From Macrostomum lignano (lineage: Eukaryota), in contig NIVC01001166.1 of the NCBI GenBank assembly GCA_002269645.1, positions 282,849 to 346,848 of the forward strand: a stretch of 64,000 nt of DNA. The letters are read 5' to 3'. Position numbers and translations under genes: made by a program. This document shows positions 61,737 through 64,000 of this stretch, in pieces. The notes beneath the pieces were generated by a model. That model ran no database searches. It saw only the letters and a program-made list of their open reading frames with translations, and had not been told where the DNA came from. How positions within the stretch are numbered: position 1 is the stretch's first letter; the number at the start of each line of letters is the position of its first letter.

Positions 61737-63648
61737 TTAAATATCCGGCAAAGATTCCATTTCTCGACTACAGGATCTAAAATTTTGCTGCTTCCGCTTG
61801 AATTCACTTTTCGAGTACAGCCTCTTGAACACCGGTTGAACAACCTCAACGATAACCCGCCGTCTACAGCTGCCGTGAGACCTCACCTCGAGCCAGTGCT
61901 TGCACCGAAACACGAACCCGAAGTACCGAAACGTCTTCAACGCTGTCAGAAGTCGCAGCAGGTCGAAGGCCACATCGAAGTCGCTGATGCACCGCTGGAA
62001 CGTCTCCGTGACGAACGCGATGAGAAAGTTCAGCAGGTTGAGGCCCACAAACACGAAGAACAGCACGTGGATGATGAGAACCATCACGCTGTCCAAGCTG
62101 AAGGTGATCATATTGAGGATGACCTTGACCGACGAGTAGAGCGACAACAGGCCGGTCTCGAAGTCGGGCGAGTCAACCAAGATGAAGAAGTCCAGGCTGA
62201 AGAGAATGATCCAGTAGAACAGCAGCGGCAGCGCGGCCAGGAAGCTGGACAGCATGCAGTGGAAGGTGAAGAAGAGCTTCCGACCGACTTCGTCACGATC
62301 TCCATGTACTGCGCAAAGTGCAGCAGCGTGAACGCGATGAAGAGAGTGTTGGACCCAATGAACAGTTGCTCCACAGCTCTACCGTTGCTCTGGTCGCTTG
62401 GATACAAATTTTCATAGAAATTATCGGACCTCAGGAACGTCGCGACAACTAGAAAGCAGATGCCACTCGCGATTGCAACAAAGTGATAAAAATCAAAGAT
62501 GCCCGTCGAACAAATCTGTCAAGCAGCGACCAGTTGTCCGCAGTCAATATTTTTTTCTTATTTTCGTGTTCAAGCGCAGAGAATCCAGTCTTCAGAGCCG
62601 CAGTGACGCACATGAAGGCAGTCACGAGACTAATCACCAGAAAGTTTATGTCGATGGATTGAAGAAATTCTGCACAGCTTTTTGACTTTATTTTTTGCTG
62701 ATTAAAAAACGTAAAATAAATGGTTAAATTGCTCAAAACGCTGGCATTGTATCCTGATGATTTTGCAGCAGAAAATGTTGCTCGGTTGCAGTGAATGAGG
62801 TTGCCAAAACAGGCCACCGTCAGCATGATTGATTCGTTCACGGCTGTAAGAAGAAATACCGATGTTGGAACGCTCATCACCAGCAGCCTCAGAAATGTGA
62901 TCGCTCGAGTCTGACGGTACGTCAACCGAAGCCACTGTCGGATGAGAGGGTCCTCCATCAGCTTGGACTTCTTGAGCGACTCGACCTGACTCGACGCTAC
63001 ATAGGTGAGCAGGTGCAGAGGACTCGAGTTGCACCGGCTCCCGTGACACAGGTCGTAGTCGGTGAGGTCGTAGAGACGGACGGCCCAGCCGCCGGATCGA
63101 GTCTCCGATTTCAACAGGTAGTTCGGCAGGTGCAACATCTTGCGGGCCAGTCGGAATGCAGCGAACTTCACGCACGCCTCCAGAGGTCGGAGACCGCTCG
63201 AGTCCTCCTGGGTGACCAGCCTGTCTAGCAGACGAGGCTCTCTACTCAGCGTCGAGAGGAGCGCCGTCTCCAGACGCTTGGCTCGCTTGAACCTCGGCGC
63301 GTACATCTGGCAGCGAGCCAGACTGTGCACAACGGTGCTGCCGTCGAGCTCGAGCTGAGCCGCGTGCTCGGAGCTGTCTTCCAACAGAGCCTCGAACACT
63401 CGCACGGACTGCAGCAGAATCGCCAGGTGGATCGCGTATCCGAACTGCAGACTGACGAAGCCCCACTTTCGGCGACTTCTCGGCAAGCGACACCGGATCT
63501 CGTGGCTTTCGGTCACGTCGACCAGAGGCTGGGCGAGCCTTCCCGACAGGTCCGGCTTCAAAGCTCGCATGAAGGCGTCAGGGTCGTCATCGACCAGAGC
63601 AGCCAGCGCCGCTTCTGCCGATTCCATGCTTCGTGTGTTAGAAAGCAT
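61737..63648 (-). CDS. Divergent TRPV-like channel, copy 3 (two apparent 1-nt deletions near 62495 and 62280; pseudogene or sequencing indels)
   Basis: 62777-63627 matches 55439-56289 and ~61860-62359 matches ~54540-55038. At 62280 it reads gagcttccgacc where copy 1 has gagcttcccgacc (one C lost). Near 62495 the RFVRRAS-FDFY motif is broken by one missing base. Confidence 0.68.
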
Positions 63649-64000
63649 AAATGATTGACGGCTATATCTTGAACTTTTTAGCTGCTGCGTCAGAAGACGA
63701 GCTGCAGTCTGTCTCCTGAAGAATAACTATACCAACTATACCTAATATATGACAGAAGTGCTCACGGAGCAATTGCTGATTCAGTCTTCCTATCCCTATG
63801 GAACAGCGTTGTTGGAGGATTCGCTGAGTGGGCGCTCTCTAACCGCGTGCCTCCTATTTTGAATAATTCTGCCGGGCCCTGTGCCGATCTCCGCAGCTCG
63901 TGAGCAAACATGCTGTTCTTGTCCCGCTGCGGGGGACGCTTCGAGGCTGTAGTCAACTTTCGATCGCCATGGCAAAAGCATTGATTAATCTGCGCCTGCG

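Noticed and set aside
63762-64000. Minus-strand open frame entering from the window edge
   Set aside because: Too short and without motifs; it cannot be judged without the adjacent sequence.

Overview
Eukaryotic (metazoan) genomic DNA with GT-AG spliced genes, minisatellite-filled introns and nested transposon debris. The overall style is reminiscent of the flatworm Macrostomum, which is an inference only. Genes reconstructed by hand from splice sites and reading phase: a 4-exon Pim-family kinase (minus, 91-4486); a FOXRED1-like FAD oxidoreductase (minus, 16522-26700) with a candidate pair of mutually exclusive exons, a 21-nt micro-exon and one apparently missing exon; an intronless profilin (minus); a large AJM1/AJM-1-like gene (plus, ~44000-51631); and three apparently single-exon, divergent TRPV-like channel genes in alternating orientation (54493-63648). 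The TRP copies share near-identical N-terminal blocks, and in copies 1 and 3 also the pore/S6 block, but carry unrelated-looking S1-S4 cassettes between them. This constant-variable-constant array in an invertible geometry is the most unusual system in the window. 29.4-43 kb is an AT-rich, CpG-poor transposon graveyard. It holds a complete miniature LTR element whose LTRs differ almost only by CpG transitions, a decayed mariner, and a three-level nest of 8-bp-TSD DNA transposons. No rRNA, tRNA or CRISPR array could be supported. All coordinates were counted by eye and may be off by a few bases.
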